The notes beneath the pieces were generated by a model. It saw nothing but the letters and a program-made list of their open reading frames with translations. It did not search any database and was not told where the DNA came from. From contig RSEE01000029.1 in NCBI GenBank assembly GCA_003971905.1, positions 62,001-126,000 on the forward strand: a stretch of DNA of 64,000 bases. Reading direction: 5' to 3'. Both the position numbers and the translations under genes were made by a program. Shown piece by piece: positions 1-13,131 of the stretch; within the stretch, counting starts at the first letter, position 1, and each line of letters starts with the position of its first letter. The DNA comes from Moniliella sp. 'wahieum' (lineage: Eukaryota).

Positions 1-753
1 TTCGACGATTTGTACCCGCTGAACGTGAAATGAAATGGCCCTACTCCAGATTCCTTCCATATCCAGATCCCTCCCATATCCTTAGACTTGCATTTCCTAT
101 CCGATGTGCTTTGTGAGTTCTCCTCGCTCGCTTGTCCATCAAATTGTTCAGAGGCACCCCCTCGCCCGTAGGAACATGAAGGCATCCTGTTTTCCTAAGG
201 CCCAGCTACTGCAACAGATGGGCACGCGCGCCTGATGCGCGCCCTGCCACTTCTCAGGAGGACGGAGAGGTGCACTGCCCACACAGATCCACAGGGGCCT
301 CTCGAGAGCGGGCGAATCAGTGGAGTGGGGAACTGGGGTTTGATCCCATCCAGGATCTCAGATCTCATCGTTCTAACGTTCAGCGTTCAGTGAGTGCAAA
401 GCGTTGAAGTTCAACACAAAGCGCCTTTGGTTTGCGATGGTGAGCCGATAAAGAACCTATCCGAGAGAGGCATCTCTTGGCAGCGACTCAGTACTCAGTT
501 GCTCATCCGAGTCACCACATGCATATCCATTCGTGCGTTGGTGATTGAGGGCGTGTTGCAGCCGGGTTGCGGGGGCGGGTATACTTTATCCCATCGATAT
601 CACTACAAGTAGTCACTCCTTCCGCATGATGCACCTAAGGCCGCCTCTCTGATAAGCTGATGGGCAGGAGCACTAATAACCGGCACTCGGGACTCGATAC
701 TCGATAAGGCCAGCAGCCCAAGAAAGGAAACTAGGAACCAGTAGTAGGAAGCT

Positions 754-796
754 GCGTTAGGCGTTACGCGTTACGCGTTACGCATTACGCGTTATG
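754..796. repeat. Heptamer array (GCGTTAC)n = TTA-CGCG-TTA type
   Basis: gcgttag gcgttac gcgttac gcgttac gcattac gcgttat read directly. Confidence 0.9.
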
Positions 797-981
797 CCCG
801 ACGCCTTAGGTGACTACAGCGTGGATGTGCACGCGCTCATGTGACATGTGATGGGACCCAGGGAGCCGTGGCATGGCAACAGAAGCATGCCAATGGGACC
901 CCCCCGACCCACCCGGTCCCACCCCGTCGCGGTGATATGGTGCATGGATGCAAACATCGGGGTCAGTCATTGCCTAAAGTC

Positions 982-1128
982 CCTGAGTCACTAGTCATGA
1001 GTACTTAGTATTTAGTACTTAACGTACTGAGTACTGAGTACAGAGTCATGTGCATGTGAGTACGTACGTTGAGTACGTTGAGTACGTTGAGTACTCATGA
1101 ATACTGAGTCTGAGTACTGAGTGCATGA
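982..1128. repeat. Degenerate AGTACT-based heptamer array (TGA/TTA-GTAC-TGA) with 10-bp GAGTACGTT variants
   Basis: tgagtacttagt...gtactgagtactgagtac...ttgagtacgttgagtacgttgagtactca...ctgagtactgag. Confidence 0.85.
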
Positions 1129-2134
1129 GCGTAGCCGGACTACGGGGACACAGGACCGTGGTGCGTGGGAGAGAGGACGTTGCCCATTGTGCGATACCGC
1201 GTTAGATCGTAGACCGTGAGCTTGATCCTGGACAGAGCGTCGACGGGGACGAGCGAGGAGGAAGGTGTGTTACGTGGAGCGTAACTTGCTCTGAGATCCC
1301 AGCCTCCAATCGGAGGCATTGTGGCTGAGGTGCAGGAGAGAACGCATCGTTCTCCCGCTTAGTTGGAGATGTGCGCTCACCGGTCCCTACAACCCGATGA
1401 TGGCCGAGCTGGCTGCTCAACGGCAAGTACTGACTGGCCCAGCAAAGCGACTGTGCTGGCCTCGTCGCGCTCGAGTACCTAGGTCCGCGTCCCGGGATGT
1501 CGATGAGCGATGAGATCTGAGAACTGCGAACTGGATGCCGAGGCGCGGCTGGGCCACAGGGGCGGCGTTGGTGCGGATGCGGAGGCTGGTGGGCGCCCTG
1601 CTGTGGGCACGGACCCCAGTTGGACGCTAGGCCACCCAGCCCACCATGCTCTTTTGTGCGCGGCTTGCGTGGACGGCGTGGTGCTGTGGATGAGATCTGA
1701 GATGGGACACGCGCCAAGGCACGCTCATCGGCATCCTGGGCCCAAGGGAGCATGTGGGTATGTTTGCTCCTGCGTTGCTGACGGGAACGATGAATGCTGG
1801 GTCACGGGCCGGGGTCACGGGAGCAGCCGTCACGTGCAGGGGTGGCCGCGGGCCACGTGGCCTGCGAAGAACCAGCGGATCTTCTGGGCCGCAGGCGCAG
1901 GCCCTGAGGCCCACGTCAGGCCGATCAGAGTCAGAGGCAGTCCACTCCCCCCCCCTCAGGCCTCACTGCCCCCCCGCCGCAGCGCGGAAACGAAGCGCGT
2001 GGAGGCGCTGAGGTAAGCACGCAAAAATTTATTCCGGCGCACCGCGCCAGTGTGTCCTCTTCCTTCCCGCCGCTGCGTTCGCCCCTGCCTTTTCTCTTCT
2101 CCACCACCGCCCCCTCCTGCTTGCCTCCCTCGCC

Positions 2135-3015
2135 ATGTCCCTCCCCGACTTCAGCAACGCCGCCGCCCTCGCTGGCCTCGAGAAGTTCCTCGCCGACAAG
2201 TCCTACGCTGGGTATGTCGCCCCCCTCCCCCCCCTCTGCCTGATGATCATAACGCTATGGTCCGTGTTTCCAAGCCCAGCGGCGTAAGACCCCGCGACTT
2301 TTTGCTGTGAAGACAACCACTTCTATGGCACTCTGACCCTTCCCATCCTCCCTTGCCTTGCCCCTCCCCTTCCCCATACTGACCTTCCTCTGTGTTGCCA
2401 GCGCTGAGCCCCCAGGCCGATGTTGCCACCTACGATGCTGTCGCCGCCGGTGTCTTTGCCCAGTACCCCCACGTTGCCCGCTGGTTCGCCCACGTCGCTT
2501 CGTACGAGGCTGAGCACCCGGCCCTGAAGGGCGACAAGGCTGCTGCCAAGGCTCTGGCCGCTGCGGGCGTTGCCGGTGGCGCTGCTGCTGCTGCCCCTGC
2601 CGCCGCCGCTGAGGAGGAGGACGACGACGACGTTGACCTCTTTGGCTCGGACGACGAGGAGGAGGACGCCGAGGCTGCCCGCGTCAAGGCGGAGCGTGTT
2701 GCCGAGTACGAGAAGAAGAAGGCTGCCAAGGGCCCCAAGGGCCCTGCCAAGTCGGTCGTTACCCTCGAGGTCAAGCCGTGGGACGACGAGACGCCCATGC
2801 CCGAGCTCGAGAAGACGGTGCGCTCGATTGAGATGGAGGGCCTTGTCTGGGGCTCGTCCAAGCTTGTCCCCGTCGGCTACGGTGTCAGCAAGCTGCAGAT
2901 CACCCTTGTCGTCGAGGACGACAAGGTCTCGCTGGAGGACCTCCAGGAGGCCATCGAGACCCAGGGCGAGGACTACGTCCAGTCGACCGACATTGCTGCC
3001 ATGCAGAAGCTTTAA
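2135..3015 (+). CDS. EFB1: Translation elongation factor 1-beta (2 exons; intron 2212-2401)
   Basis: Exon 1 [24 protein letters not shown], then GTATGT...CTGAC...CAG intron. Exon 2 contains [57 protein letters not shown] probable 1-nt indel lies near the exon junction. Confidence 0.97.
2236..2341 (+). ncRNA. Intronic box C/D snoRNA, U18/snR18-like
   Basis: Box C TGATGA at 2241 and box D CTGA at 2333. Antisense element TGGTCCGTGTTTC (2258-2270) is complementary to the conserved LSU rRNA sequence GAAACACGGACCA. The host is the EF-1beta intron, as for yeast snR18. Confidence 0.88.
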
Positions 3016-3513
3016 GTTTGCTGCCAGCCGCTGTATGTTCTCTCTCTGAAAACGTTTGAGCTGTGTCATGCTTGTCTCTTGATACGCTCACCGACTAGGG
3101 CTTTTCATATCTTTGTTTGCCATGCTGCAGTAGTTGAGTAGGATGGCAAACGCCTTGTTGTCACCCCGCGGCGAGAACCCTCGGCGGATCATGTGAGTGT
3201 GTTGCTGCAGTCAAGGGTAGTAGGTTTGTTGAGGGGATTGTCTATTGGGAGCTGTACGTCAGTTGCCAGCTAATCGCACACCCAGCGGGGTTGCCCATAT
3301 GTGAAGCTGTGCAGCAGCAGGTTTTTACAGGAGCCGTCCCTACCGTGGCCCAATTCCATTCGCCGGCTCTCGCGGTCACGGTAACTTTAAAGGGGAACGG
3401 AAACGCCGCAATATATACGGAATTGATTTCGCCTCTTTGGGCTCGATATTTGATTGAATGCGCCAGGGAATGGCGTGAATGACGGAAGCACCAGGGAGAA
3501 GGAGACAAACACA

Positions 3514-5683
3514 TCAACGATACGGTACCGTGAATAGCTTCATAAGTTCCCACCCAGCGTTGGGCTCGACCTCTGTCCCATCGCGCGACACTTTAACGGG
3601 ACGGTTTGATCGCCAAGGGTTGCGAATGCCGTTGGTGCGCGTAAATGGAACATCCATCACTGCAACCCACTCGATGGGGAATGGGGTCGGGGTCGGGTGG
3701 ACGCACCCGAAGACGACGCGTCCGACGATTGTCCCACCAAGATGGTTCCCGATGGGTCCCCTGGAAGTGACGTGTTGGTAGAAGGCGTCGATGGCGAGGA
3801 TGCGTTGTCGCGACCATCTGAACTCGACCCTTCAACACCACGAAGGGTGGGTCCCAACAACGACAAGGAGGTGGGCGCTACGATCGGATCGGCAGGCGGT
3901 TCTTGCTTCTCTGTCCGACCCGTTGCTTCGCCTTCTTCGCGGGGATGAATGGGCCCGGCCATACGTGCAACGCCAAAAAACCACCGGACGTAATGGCCGA
4001 CATGAACAGATAGACCGTTTCCGAGTTGCGATAGGCCTGGTCCAGATCGACTCGTTGTGCAGTAACGTTGACCACATCTTGGTGCGCACAGCATGTTTGA
4101 GCGTACTGAGATGATTCGACTTGAGGATAAAAAAGCGATAGCGTAACGCGGGATGACGAAGCAGACTTGAGGTAGTCTCTTGAAGCGACTCGGTGGACAC
4201 CTCGCCTTCTTCCCTTGACTCTGCGTGATTCGTCCGTCGACTTTGTCTCGTTCGCTTTGTCAGTGGGCCGAGATTCAATGTGCCGTTTCTTCTCTGGCAC
4301 GGCACTTTCAGCAACTTGGGGGCTCCTCATCTCCTTTTTCGTCATATTTTCCGCGCGTTTTTGGTATTCATGCACGTACCGAACATGCAGACCATGCCCG
4401 TGCTGTCCTCTAACACCCGCTTGCTGCTCCGAAGCTTTGGACCGTGCTTGCATGGTTAGTGGTGCTCGGTCAGTTGGATTGAGCTTCTTTTCCTTGTTGG
4501 ATAGGTGGGAGAACCATTCGAGTACATGCTTGAGTAACAGCTCTGACTCCCAGTTGACAAACGCGCACTTGGACCGCGGGATGACAAATACGCTCACAAT
4601 TCCATGGGGTGGTTCACAATGGTCTCGGGAGGAAGCACCATGTTCTCCTGGAAGAAGCGTATCACATCGGGCTCGGTAGTCTCCCTTGGTACGTTACCTA
4701 TCCACAGCACATGATCGCTGCGTTCGTGGGCGTGGCCTGTTTGAATGTACGACGAACAAAGTTGATCTGGGACATTTGGGCCCGACTAACCAGGTCGGCC
4801 ATCACGAGCAACGGAGGTCCTGGCAGGGTGGGGATAAAGGGCCTGCCTGCTCCTTGACCGTTCTCAACGGTTTCCGCTTCGCAGCGGCTACCTGCATATC
4901 TTGTTCCTCGGACGTGGAGCGAGCGGACTCGGCTTCGTCCTCTTCTTCTCTCTTCCTCTCACTGGACGAATCCGGCAACTTGTGCCCTGCCATTTTGTTG
5001 CCCAACGCACCCTCTGGCTCCCAGCCAGCATCGGGCTCATCCCTAGCGGTGACAAATACTTCGTTCCCGTGCGGAGGGCTAGTGTGCGCTGAGAACCTGA
5101 GAATTCCCCCCGGTTCCAGGTGGGGCGCCCCCCATTCGACTTGCCCCCGAGGAAGGAAGGACCAAGGATGGTGCCTTCTCCCCCAACCGGTGCCGAGTCT
5201 TGTGAGTTTCGGCGTGCATCCATTCTCCCCTGTGCATGTCTGGACGACGAGGAATGCCCATATGCGTTCCCCCATTGTGGGTGGGCAGCGATTCGCTCGA
5301 AGAACTCGTTGCCACCGAACGTACTTTCGGACGTGGGGGAAGCGACAATGCCCGCTGGACCTGTATGGTGCTAGAAACAGATGGTCAGGTAAAGGTTTAA
5401 GGGGATAGGCAAGTGGTACGACCAAATGAGACGTTCGTACCCGGTACGTAGGAAGTGACTTGGGACTACTTGAGCCTGTTGTTGACGAGGTGGCTTGCCC
5501 CGTGGTCAGATTGCTCACATGGGAACTCAAGCTTGAGGTGGAGCCCGAGCCCGAAGATACCAAGGGGGGTGGACCCGGTTGGGGTGGCGTTGATCGTTGC
5601 GCGTCATGCTTGTACCGAACGTGCCTGATGTTGGGCTTTGTGGAGAGGGAATATGGTGGGACAGAGTCAAGTTGCTGGAACAA
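3514..5683 (-). CDS. RRM + YTH (YT521-B-like) RNA-binding protein; frameshifted in the assembly, 5' end uncertain
   Basis: RRM-like SVFVIPRSKCAFVNW. YTH motifs RFFILKS, MWSTLLHNE, LDQAYRNSETVYLFMS and GVARMAGPI; at 3520-3690 on the minus strand PFPIEWVAVMDVPFTRTNGIRNPWRSNRPVKVSRDGTEVEPNAGWELMKLF. Confidence 0.82.
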
Positions 5684-6884
5684 GACGGGGCATCCCTACC
5701 AGGTGGAATCTCAGTTGATTGCTGCATGGTAACTGAGAGATGATGAACGGGTGACATGAGAACGTTGAACGTTGAATGATAGTGGTGGTTGGTAGTGAGA
5801 AAGGTGCACCGTGCACGTGAGTTATCAAGAAGCAGGAGAGACAAACGTGTATGAGGTACGAAGGAGTCAAATGGATACCGAATGTTAATGACTCCACACT
5901 CAGCGAAGATACCCTCCAGCTCTACAGAGGTCCGGACAGGAAATGTTCAAGTAGCACATGCGGGGCGGAGTTTCCTGGGCGCTCAGGATTACAGTATCAC
6001 CCTGTTCCACCGTAGTGGAAGATGTGAGATACGAGATTGGATGGAATACCTCGTACAAGTGTAGAGTGCGCCGTTATGCAAAATGGATCCGAGCTTGCGA
6101 CTCTTGATGGCTATAGTGTTCCAATGAAGGACATCTGCAGACATGTCGTGAGCTCCATCAATACCATCCCCATGTCGGGGAGGGTGAAAGAGAGTAATAT
6201 ATATACTTCTGGTTCAAAATAAACCGTTCCAGAAAATCGGAGGCACAACGCATGTGCCTGTGGCGCGAGGCTCTGACCGTACAGTGAGCACCACTCTCAT
6301 CGGCTAAATGTTGTAGGCTATATATACTGGGCCAGGCTGTTGGCCCTGATTGATGGGCCCCGAGCAGTGTACCATGCACGTGAAGGCTCATAGGGCTCAC
6401 CATTGCGGTCATCAATAACTTCGGCAGAAGTGTGCACTTTCGGGTAATGACTATACTCTACTCTAGACAAAACAGAGACCAATGGGGTATCCACCACGCA
6501 CTATGCGTCATCGCTCATCGATCATCAAGCTCATCAAGCTTCAAGGCGTCCACAGCAACCCCAACTAGTAACGAGTACCTAGACACTTGTCCCAGTCACA
6601 ACACAATTTTCTCTCTGAAAAGTCTATTATACAGTGTTCTCTTTAGTCAGTTGGTGGTGATACTACTAGCACTGCTTGCAAGAAGTAGTGCCTGCTGGTC
6701 ACTATAATGCCAGACTACGGCACGGACGCGTGACGTACGTAACGCGTGCTCTCGCATGTGTACCTGTGTACCAGCACGCTCAGCTGAGCGCTCACATGCA
6801 CTCACACAAGTATCCACTACTCGCGCCACATCTGGTGAATGATTAATGACGGGGGTGCCAAAGGGTCCTGACCGGTCTGACCGA

Positions 6885-6917
6885 CTTGAAGCTTGAAGCT
6901 TGAAGCTTGAAGCTTGA
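6885..6917. repeat. Heptamer array (CTTGAAG)4+
   Basis: cttgaagcttgaagcttgaagcttgaagcttga. Confidence 0.95.
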
Positions 6918-9605
6918 CGAGCAAGGCTCTATTATATAACATCGCAGGTTACATGTTACAACAGTCAACACCGGTACAAAGGAAGCAGGAGAGAGCTAGG
7001 ACAATGTTGGTCGTTGAACGTTGGTGCGTGATGCACTATATCGGTTTGGTCGACATTTTCCCCACTTGTCATGAACGTCATGAAGCTTCAAGAGCTTGAA
7101 GCTTGATTATTACATTGTTGACTAGTGACTAGACATGTTTCATCGCAATAAAGCCCTACTTGTGTGCGAGCTGAGGGATTCTCCTTGTTCAGTTCGTTGA
7201 ACGTGGTGAAGCCGGTGAGGCCTGAGGCCTGAGGCCCTAAGGCCTTGCGAGGCTGCCGCATGCTCAATCAGATCTCAGATGTGTAGTTCTATAGAATTTG
7301 TCGGAACGGATCCCAATCGGTGGGTGTAGTAGCATCATACTCAACAGTGTAGAAAAGAAGTTTTATGTACCCACACATGTGTTGCAGCCTGCTGCGCGCG
7401 GCTCAAAAGAAGTTAATAACTGTAGTCAATAACTGAGTAACTAGTCACCACTACTAGAGGGATATACTAGTGACTGGCCAATACTCAGCATAGTATCCAA
7501 CTTAGCAGATCCAAGTTCCCCAGAGATCTAGTCATTATAAATACATGGCCACGGTGCCAAAAGGAGGTCTGCTGAGACTGCAGTGGCAAACGTCTTTAGG
7601 CCTTCTTATAGATCCCTCATACTTCCGAAATGGCATCATAACATGTGTCACGGGCGCGGCCGGGCTTGCCATATCCCGCCTTGCCCGTGACAACATGCAC
7701 AACCGGCGAGATTGAATAAAACAGTGCAAGAAGGGGGACGATACAGGCACTGCTTTTTCGACAAACGGTAAACGAACCAGTAAGCCATCCTGACTACGAT
7801 CTTTGTGGAAGTAGCCTAGATCTCTTGATCTCTCACCGGCAATTCCCAGTTTTCTGTCTAATACCGTCAGTCGACGGGACTAAGCCGGGCCCACGGCATA
7901 ATTATGGACCGGTATAGTTTTAGTTTCGGCATCCATCCGTGGAGCCATGGAGCCTGTGAAGCGTGCTCAACTGTAGCCTATCTGACATTCTGCTCTCCGC
8001 GCCCGTGTCGGTCATGTTATTGTTGTGACGTGGGAGTGACGCGAAGACTATCCGGCAAAACTTCCGCTTCGATGGCTCTCCCACAATCGTTTCAGGCCCC
8101 TTGCCCATTTCAGGCCCCTGGATGGTCCGTCTCCCCTCTCTTTTTCTCTGTTCAACGTTCAACGTTCAGACAGGGAAAAGACAGGTTTCTCAACGCCGGT
8201 AGGCTAGCTGTTAAACATACCGTCACAATTCCTCAGCTTTGGAAACGTTATATGCACTCCACAGAAAACAGAGAGTATCATGTACGGTATACGCTTTCCT
8301 ATTTATCTATGCATTAAGGAAACCAATGGCAGGAGCCGCAGAGGGACCTGACCTGCTTCCGACACTTGGATGTTTGGGTAGGCTAAGCTGATAACACAAA
8401 AGCCGGGTGTTAGTCGGATAGATGAAGAAGTGTGCCTCATATGTCCCCCCACCTCGTTTTGCAATGTTCTGTTGAATACCGTAGGTCTCACTGCTATCCC
8501 CGGAGCATTTACCCACTTGCTCGGTTGATAATATTGACGCGATTGACGGTTGAAGTTGAAAACGTTGAACGTTGACATGTTGACGGGTCCTCGATCACTT
8601 TGATCGACTGGATGACCCTGATCGTGTACGATCGACGCTCACCCGATCATTACTAGATCATTACTAGATGACTTCGATCAGTATAACATTTATCAATCAT
8701 CCTGAGTCAAGGCTAGTCAAAAAGGCTCTTCGGCCGGATTTTGGTTCTCAATCTCCCCATCAGAAAATTGCCAAACAACCCCACGGCCGTGGTGATGATC
8801 GACGATCGTCCCCTCTCTCAGATATGATCCTAGTAATGCTGCAATCCGTAACGGAGAAAAGCACTGGAGGATCACACAGGAGAAAAGGGAAAGGTAAACG
8901 GGGTCGGCTCGTGGGGGCGTTACTTGGCACTGTGCTTGATGCCATTGGGGATGGCGTAGGGGAGAGACAGCTCTCCCCCTTTTTGCTTTTGCCTTTCAGG
9001 GGTTATGTCTATATTGACTCTCTATCGAGACAGGGGAGGAACAACACATGTACTCGTTTGTCTGTAAACAGAAGATGTTACCTTCAACCGCCCCCCCCCA
9101 CACCCCCTTTCTTACAGCCGAATGGACCCACATGGGCTGTTGGGTGCTTTTTGGGACCGGCTGCTTTTCTCTTGATGCGAATTATTTTTCTTCTTTAGCG
9201 ACTCTGTCATCCTGGCATATTAGTAGTCTTACCACAGGGCCGGCGCATATACACACTGTTGCCAAGCTATAGCCTAAAGCTCGCCTTAAGTCATGAGCCT
9301 CACCTTCTGTGTGGTTCCGTCCAGATCCGCCGGCAGTGTTTATAGAGGCGTTTTTAATCGAAAACCGCCGGAGTGTGTCTCACACGCCGCATTGCGGGGC
9401 GCCCATCTGGCAGGCGGTGGTCTGTTTGGAGATGGACAGCAAATGAGACGGTGCCACCACCCTACTGTGGGAGAGGCCATGGAGCCAGCATAAACGAATG
9501 ATTTGACTTTCCCACGAGGCAATATAGAAGCATCAGAGTTAAATGGCGAGTGTCAAGTCGCAGCCGCCCCTGCCGTGGCTCCAACCCGAAATTCGTAGCT
9601 CCAAA

Positions 9606-9702
9606 GGCAATGTGCCCGAGCGGTTAAGGGGATTGATTAGAACTCCAAATTCTAACCATCAATTAGGCTCTGCCTGCACAGGTTCGAATCCTGTCATTGT
9701 CG
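9606..9702 (+). tRNA. tRNA-Ser(AGA), intron-containing
   Basis: GGCAATG/CATTGTC acceptor stem, ATTGA-TTAGAA-[intron]-ATCAAT anticodon arm, long variable arm, GGTTCGAATCC, followed by a T-run. Confidence 0.95.
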
Positions 9703-9820
9703 TTTTATCTGTTTTTTTAAAATTTTTTTAAAATATTTGTTTGGGGAAAGATATCCTGTCACCAACTTGTAACACCAGGTGGAGCAATTCGCGGAAAAGG
9801 GTAGAGCTGGTCCAAGTGGC

Positions 9821-10062
9821 GATGAGACCTGGAGTCCTGATGGTTCTCGAGGGTGATGCAATCGCACTGGTGGTGGTGGTGGTCTAAGCCAACCAGCAAC
9901 GCCTACAGAGGAACAACAAGCAGCGTGTCGCCACCACACAGGGGCTAAGCTGCGGAACAGCCAAAACAAAACAAGACGGAGAGAAAACAATGGAATTCCC
10001 AGGCTTGAGGAGAAACTGAAGGGACATTGGCCAAAGCACGGGCCACCCGATGGCTCAACAAG
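9821..10062 (+). repeat. Diverged dispersed repeat, copy 1 (copy 2 at 13132-13386); probable TE fragment
   Basis: gatgagacctggagtc...aatcgcactg...ggtctaagccaaccagcaac...aaagcacgggccacccgatggctca aligns with 13132-13386. Confidence 0.85.
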
Positions 10063-10204
10063 TGGTCCAGCTCCTATCTGCCTGAAGGGAGGGGGGGTCT
10101 AGGGTTAGGGTTAACTATGTCTCTCATCGCGGGGATGAATCGAACTGGCTGTTGATGCTCACTGAGCCGAGGCTCCAGGTATTCCGCGGTAATTCCGAAC
10201 CCCT

Positions 10205-10400
10205 TCCGTGGTATTCCGTAGTATGTCGTGGTATGTCGTGGTATGTCGTGGTGAATCCGTGTCATTTCGTGGCCATCGGGTTCTTGATCTTTTTTCGTTC
10301 CGTGGTATGTTGTGGTGTTCCGTGGTATTCCGCGACATGTGGTGGTAGTCCGCGACATGTCGTGCCATGTCGCGGTATGTCGGAGTGTTCCGTGGTGGGT
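10205..10400. repeat. Left subterminal 10-bp repeats (GGTATGTCGT/GGTATTCCGT)
   Basis: Tandem ggtatgtcgt-like units adjoining the left TIR. Confidence 0.85.
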
Positions 10401-11295
10401 TTTGCGAGGCGGCTAGAAATTCAAAAGAGTCAGGCTCAAAAATCTCGACCTGGCAATCGGTAATCAAATTTCATTACTGCAATGAAATGTTGAGAAAGAG
10501 CAACACTTGCGAGCGTGCAAAAATTTCGACCTGGCAATCAAGTAATGAAATTTCACTAGAAGACCACCGGGCCTACGGCCCGGCCAGCTGGGGCTTCGCC
10601 CCAGCTTGGTGCTTGGTGCTTGCTCGCCACCGTAGCCACCGGCCCACCGTTCCACGCTGGAGGATTTTTATCACCCACAAGGAGACCACCGGGCCGACGC
10701 GAAGCCCCAGCTGGTGCTTGGTTGCCACCGTAGCCACCGTGGAACCTTCGCCACCTTAGCCACCGTTCCCCCTTCGCCAACACTGACACTTGCGAGCGTG
10801 CGACTTGGGAGCACACTCGGAAGAAGAATCGTTAGCCCGGCGTTGGGCTTGGAGAAAAAATGGTAGAGTGCAAAAGGGCAGCAGCACTCTCACTCAATCC
10901 TTTTCAAGGCTATTAAGAGCGCTTAGCACCTTATACACCTACAATAGCAGTCTTCTGCGTGTCTCTTTTGCACCTATGCCAACAGCTTCTGCTCGTGAGC
11001 CTTCGTCTTCGATCGATCCCAGTGCTTGATAGCTTCCAGTTCCACTGTGCATTTCTGATGCCGATCTCCATTTGATTTCCGTTTCGTTTCACCAACAAAA
11101 CAGTACCCAACAAAGGCAGCACGCATATTGTTTTGCCCTTCTCTTTTCCTCGGGAATAAAATGTACCTTGGCACACGCAACACTTATAGTGTTTTTTGTC
11201 AGACACCAAGTTCGGCACCCAATGGGTGAGGGTAAATCCAAACCTCCTCGTCAGAAACGTCGTCATCCGCTGCAATTCGTGCTAATGCATCGAAC

Positions 11296-12880
11296 TCAGA
11301 ACTTCCTTCTCAAGGGTATGTGTCCCATGACCCACCCAATGTCGGCAAGTGGGACGACAATGTTGTTTACTGATGCGAACGTCGCTCTGTGAAAGCCTTG
11401 TTCATCGCGTGGTAGAGACGCATTACCTTCAGCATCAATCGGATGAGTTCTACCAACAATGTAGTATTCGGAGCCCGCTTCATCGGTCTCCACCCCAATG
11501 TAGTAGTCAATCAACATGAAAAGTGCCCATCGTGCGCCAATTGCTATACAATGCCTGCATTTGTTGTGAGTAGTTGCACACAGTGTCCTAGACGGGACGA
11601 GGCATTCTGACCCTGTTGCCCTCGAACACGTTGCCTGTTCTCATTTTTGGCCCCCACTCGGCTACTGCCCAGATCGATAAATGGGCGGTAGGGTCAATGT
11701 TGAACGAGCACAGCAACGCCGCATCCCCCCTTGCACCATCGAGCCCATCAATAATAGCTTCTCGTTTGTGATTCAACCCAACCGAAAGTGTGGTCATAGC
11801 TTGGGGGAGCATGGAATCCATGCGAATGCCAACCAAGTTATCCTGGTTCCTCCTGCTCGCCTCGTTAGCAAGGACAGGATACGGTTTGGTAAACGAACGG
11901 ATATGGCGGCCCAACCATCCCTGTTCCCATTCTGCCGGGGCGGTCCATATCGCCTGCCAATTGCCGTATCTCCACATGTTGTCAGCCCAATGAAGAGTGT
12001 TGTGCACCGAGATCGAATGTGGTTGATCTCTTCGTTCAGACCGTTTGGAACAGTGAAGTCGTGAAACCGTTGACAAAATGGCAGGGCCGTTGTTCGGAGA
12101 CGTTCGACGTCGGCAGCATACATTTTCCGTTTGACAAACAGCCTAAGCATCACGCTCCCACCAGATCGAGTATCTGCTGAGGCAGATAATGCAACTTGAC
12201 GAACGGATAAAGCATGCAACTCATATTGACTGCAATCTCAAACATGCGCATGCCGCTGTTACAAGCAGAACCAATCGAACGAGGCACTCCACTACAAAAC
12301 GAAGAAGGAAGAAACCTAATCGACCTGTGTTTCAAGGTTAGCTCATTCAAATCAGTATAAGAAACACAACTGTTTCGGGAATGAGGACGCACACTTCATC
12401 TGAAACTCGTTAAAAAGGTCAACATGGGCGGCACCCAAATGTATGGGCAATCTTGGATCACGTAGACCGTTCTTCTCAGATTGAGAAAGGTGGTGTGCAT
12501 GGGCTCAACAGGATGAAAGGAAGGGCACATATGATGATGAGAGGCGCTTTCAGGTTGAGGTAATGTCGGCCATCCTGTATCTGCCTTGAAACAATTCTGG
12601 CTTGCGACTGACCCATGGTCTTCAAGCTCTTGTGCGTTGTACTCTGCAGTTTGACCCAGTCTTCGGGTATGCGCAACGGAGAATGGATGGTATCAATATC
12701 ATCGCTTCCGTCGCCCAGCAGCGGGCAAATTTCAGAGGGATATGTTGTCGTTGGCCAATATACCCCACCCCCATGCCTCTTGCGCCCAACAATATCGCAA
12801 GGGCGGCACGCTCGCTCGCCGGACACACTTGCCATAGATGTGCTTGCTGTGCTTTAGCGTCAGCGATGTTGTACATTACC
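11296..12880 (-). pseudogene. Degenerate EnSpm/CACTA-type (CMC) transposase remnant
   Basis: Fragments NIADAKA..ASVSGERACRPCDIVG...VYWP, LPSSFCSGVPRSIG, and ISVHNTLHWADNMWRYGNWQAIWTAPAEWEQGWLGRHIRSFTKPYPVLAN resemble the conserved blocks of fungal Transposase_21-type proteins. Recognised by eye; multiple stops and frameshifts. Confidence 0.65.
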
Positions 12881-13131
12881 GTGGTCTGAAGAGTAAACGA
12901 CTCCAGGGGGCGGACCAGGGGGCGGACCAGGAGGCGGACATGATGATGGAGAGGACCGAGGGGAAAACCTGGCGAAGACGTGGAGAGTGGACCATCATGA
13001 GGGCCAGAGGGTGATATGTACTCCTTTGGAGCTCCGCGGACGTTCCCGGGGCCTCATTTTGCCGCATCGCACACGGCTAGTATATACTCCACAGGAGCGT
13101 ACATGTGCCGGCCCTCGGATGGGTGGACTTT

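Noticed and set aside
1202..2016. ORFs of 168-183 aa upstream of EFB1
   Set aside because: No recognisable domain; GC-rich region containing heptamer units, so probably intergenic.
2323..3069. Long antisense ORFs over EFB1 (likewise over hexokinase, the helicase, RPC40 and SNU114)
   Set aside because: Shadow ORFs caused by strong GC3 codon bias.
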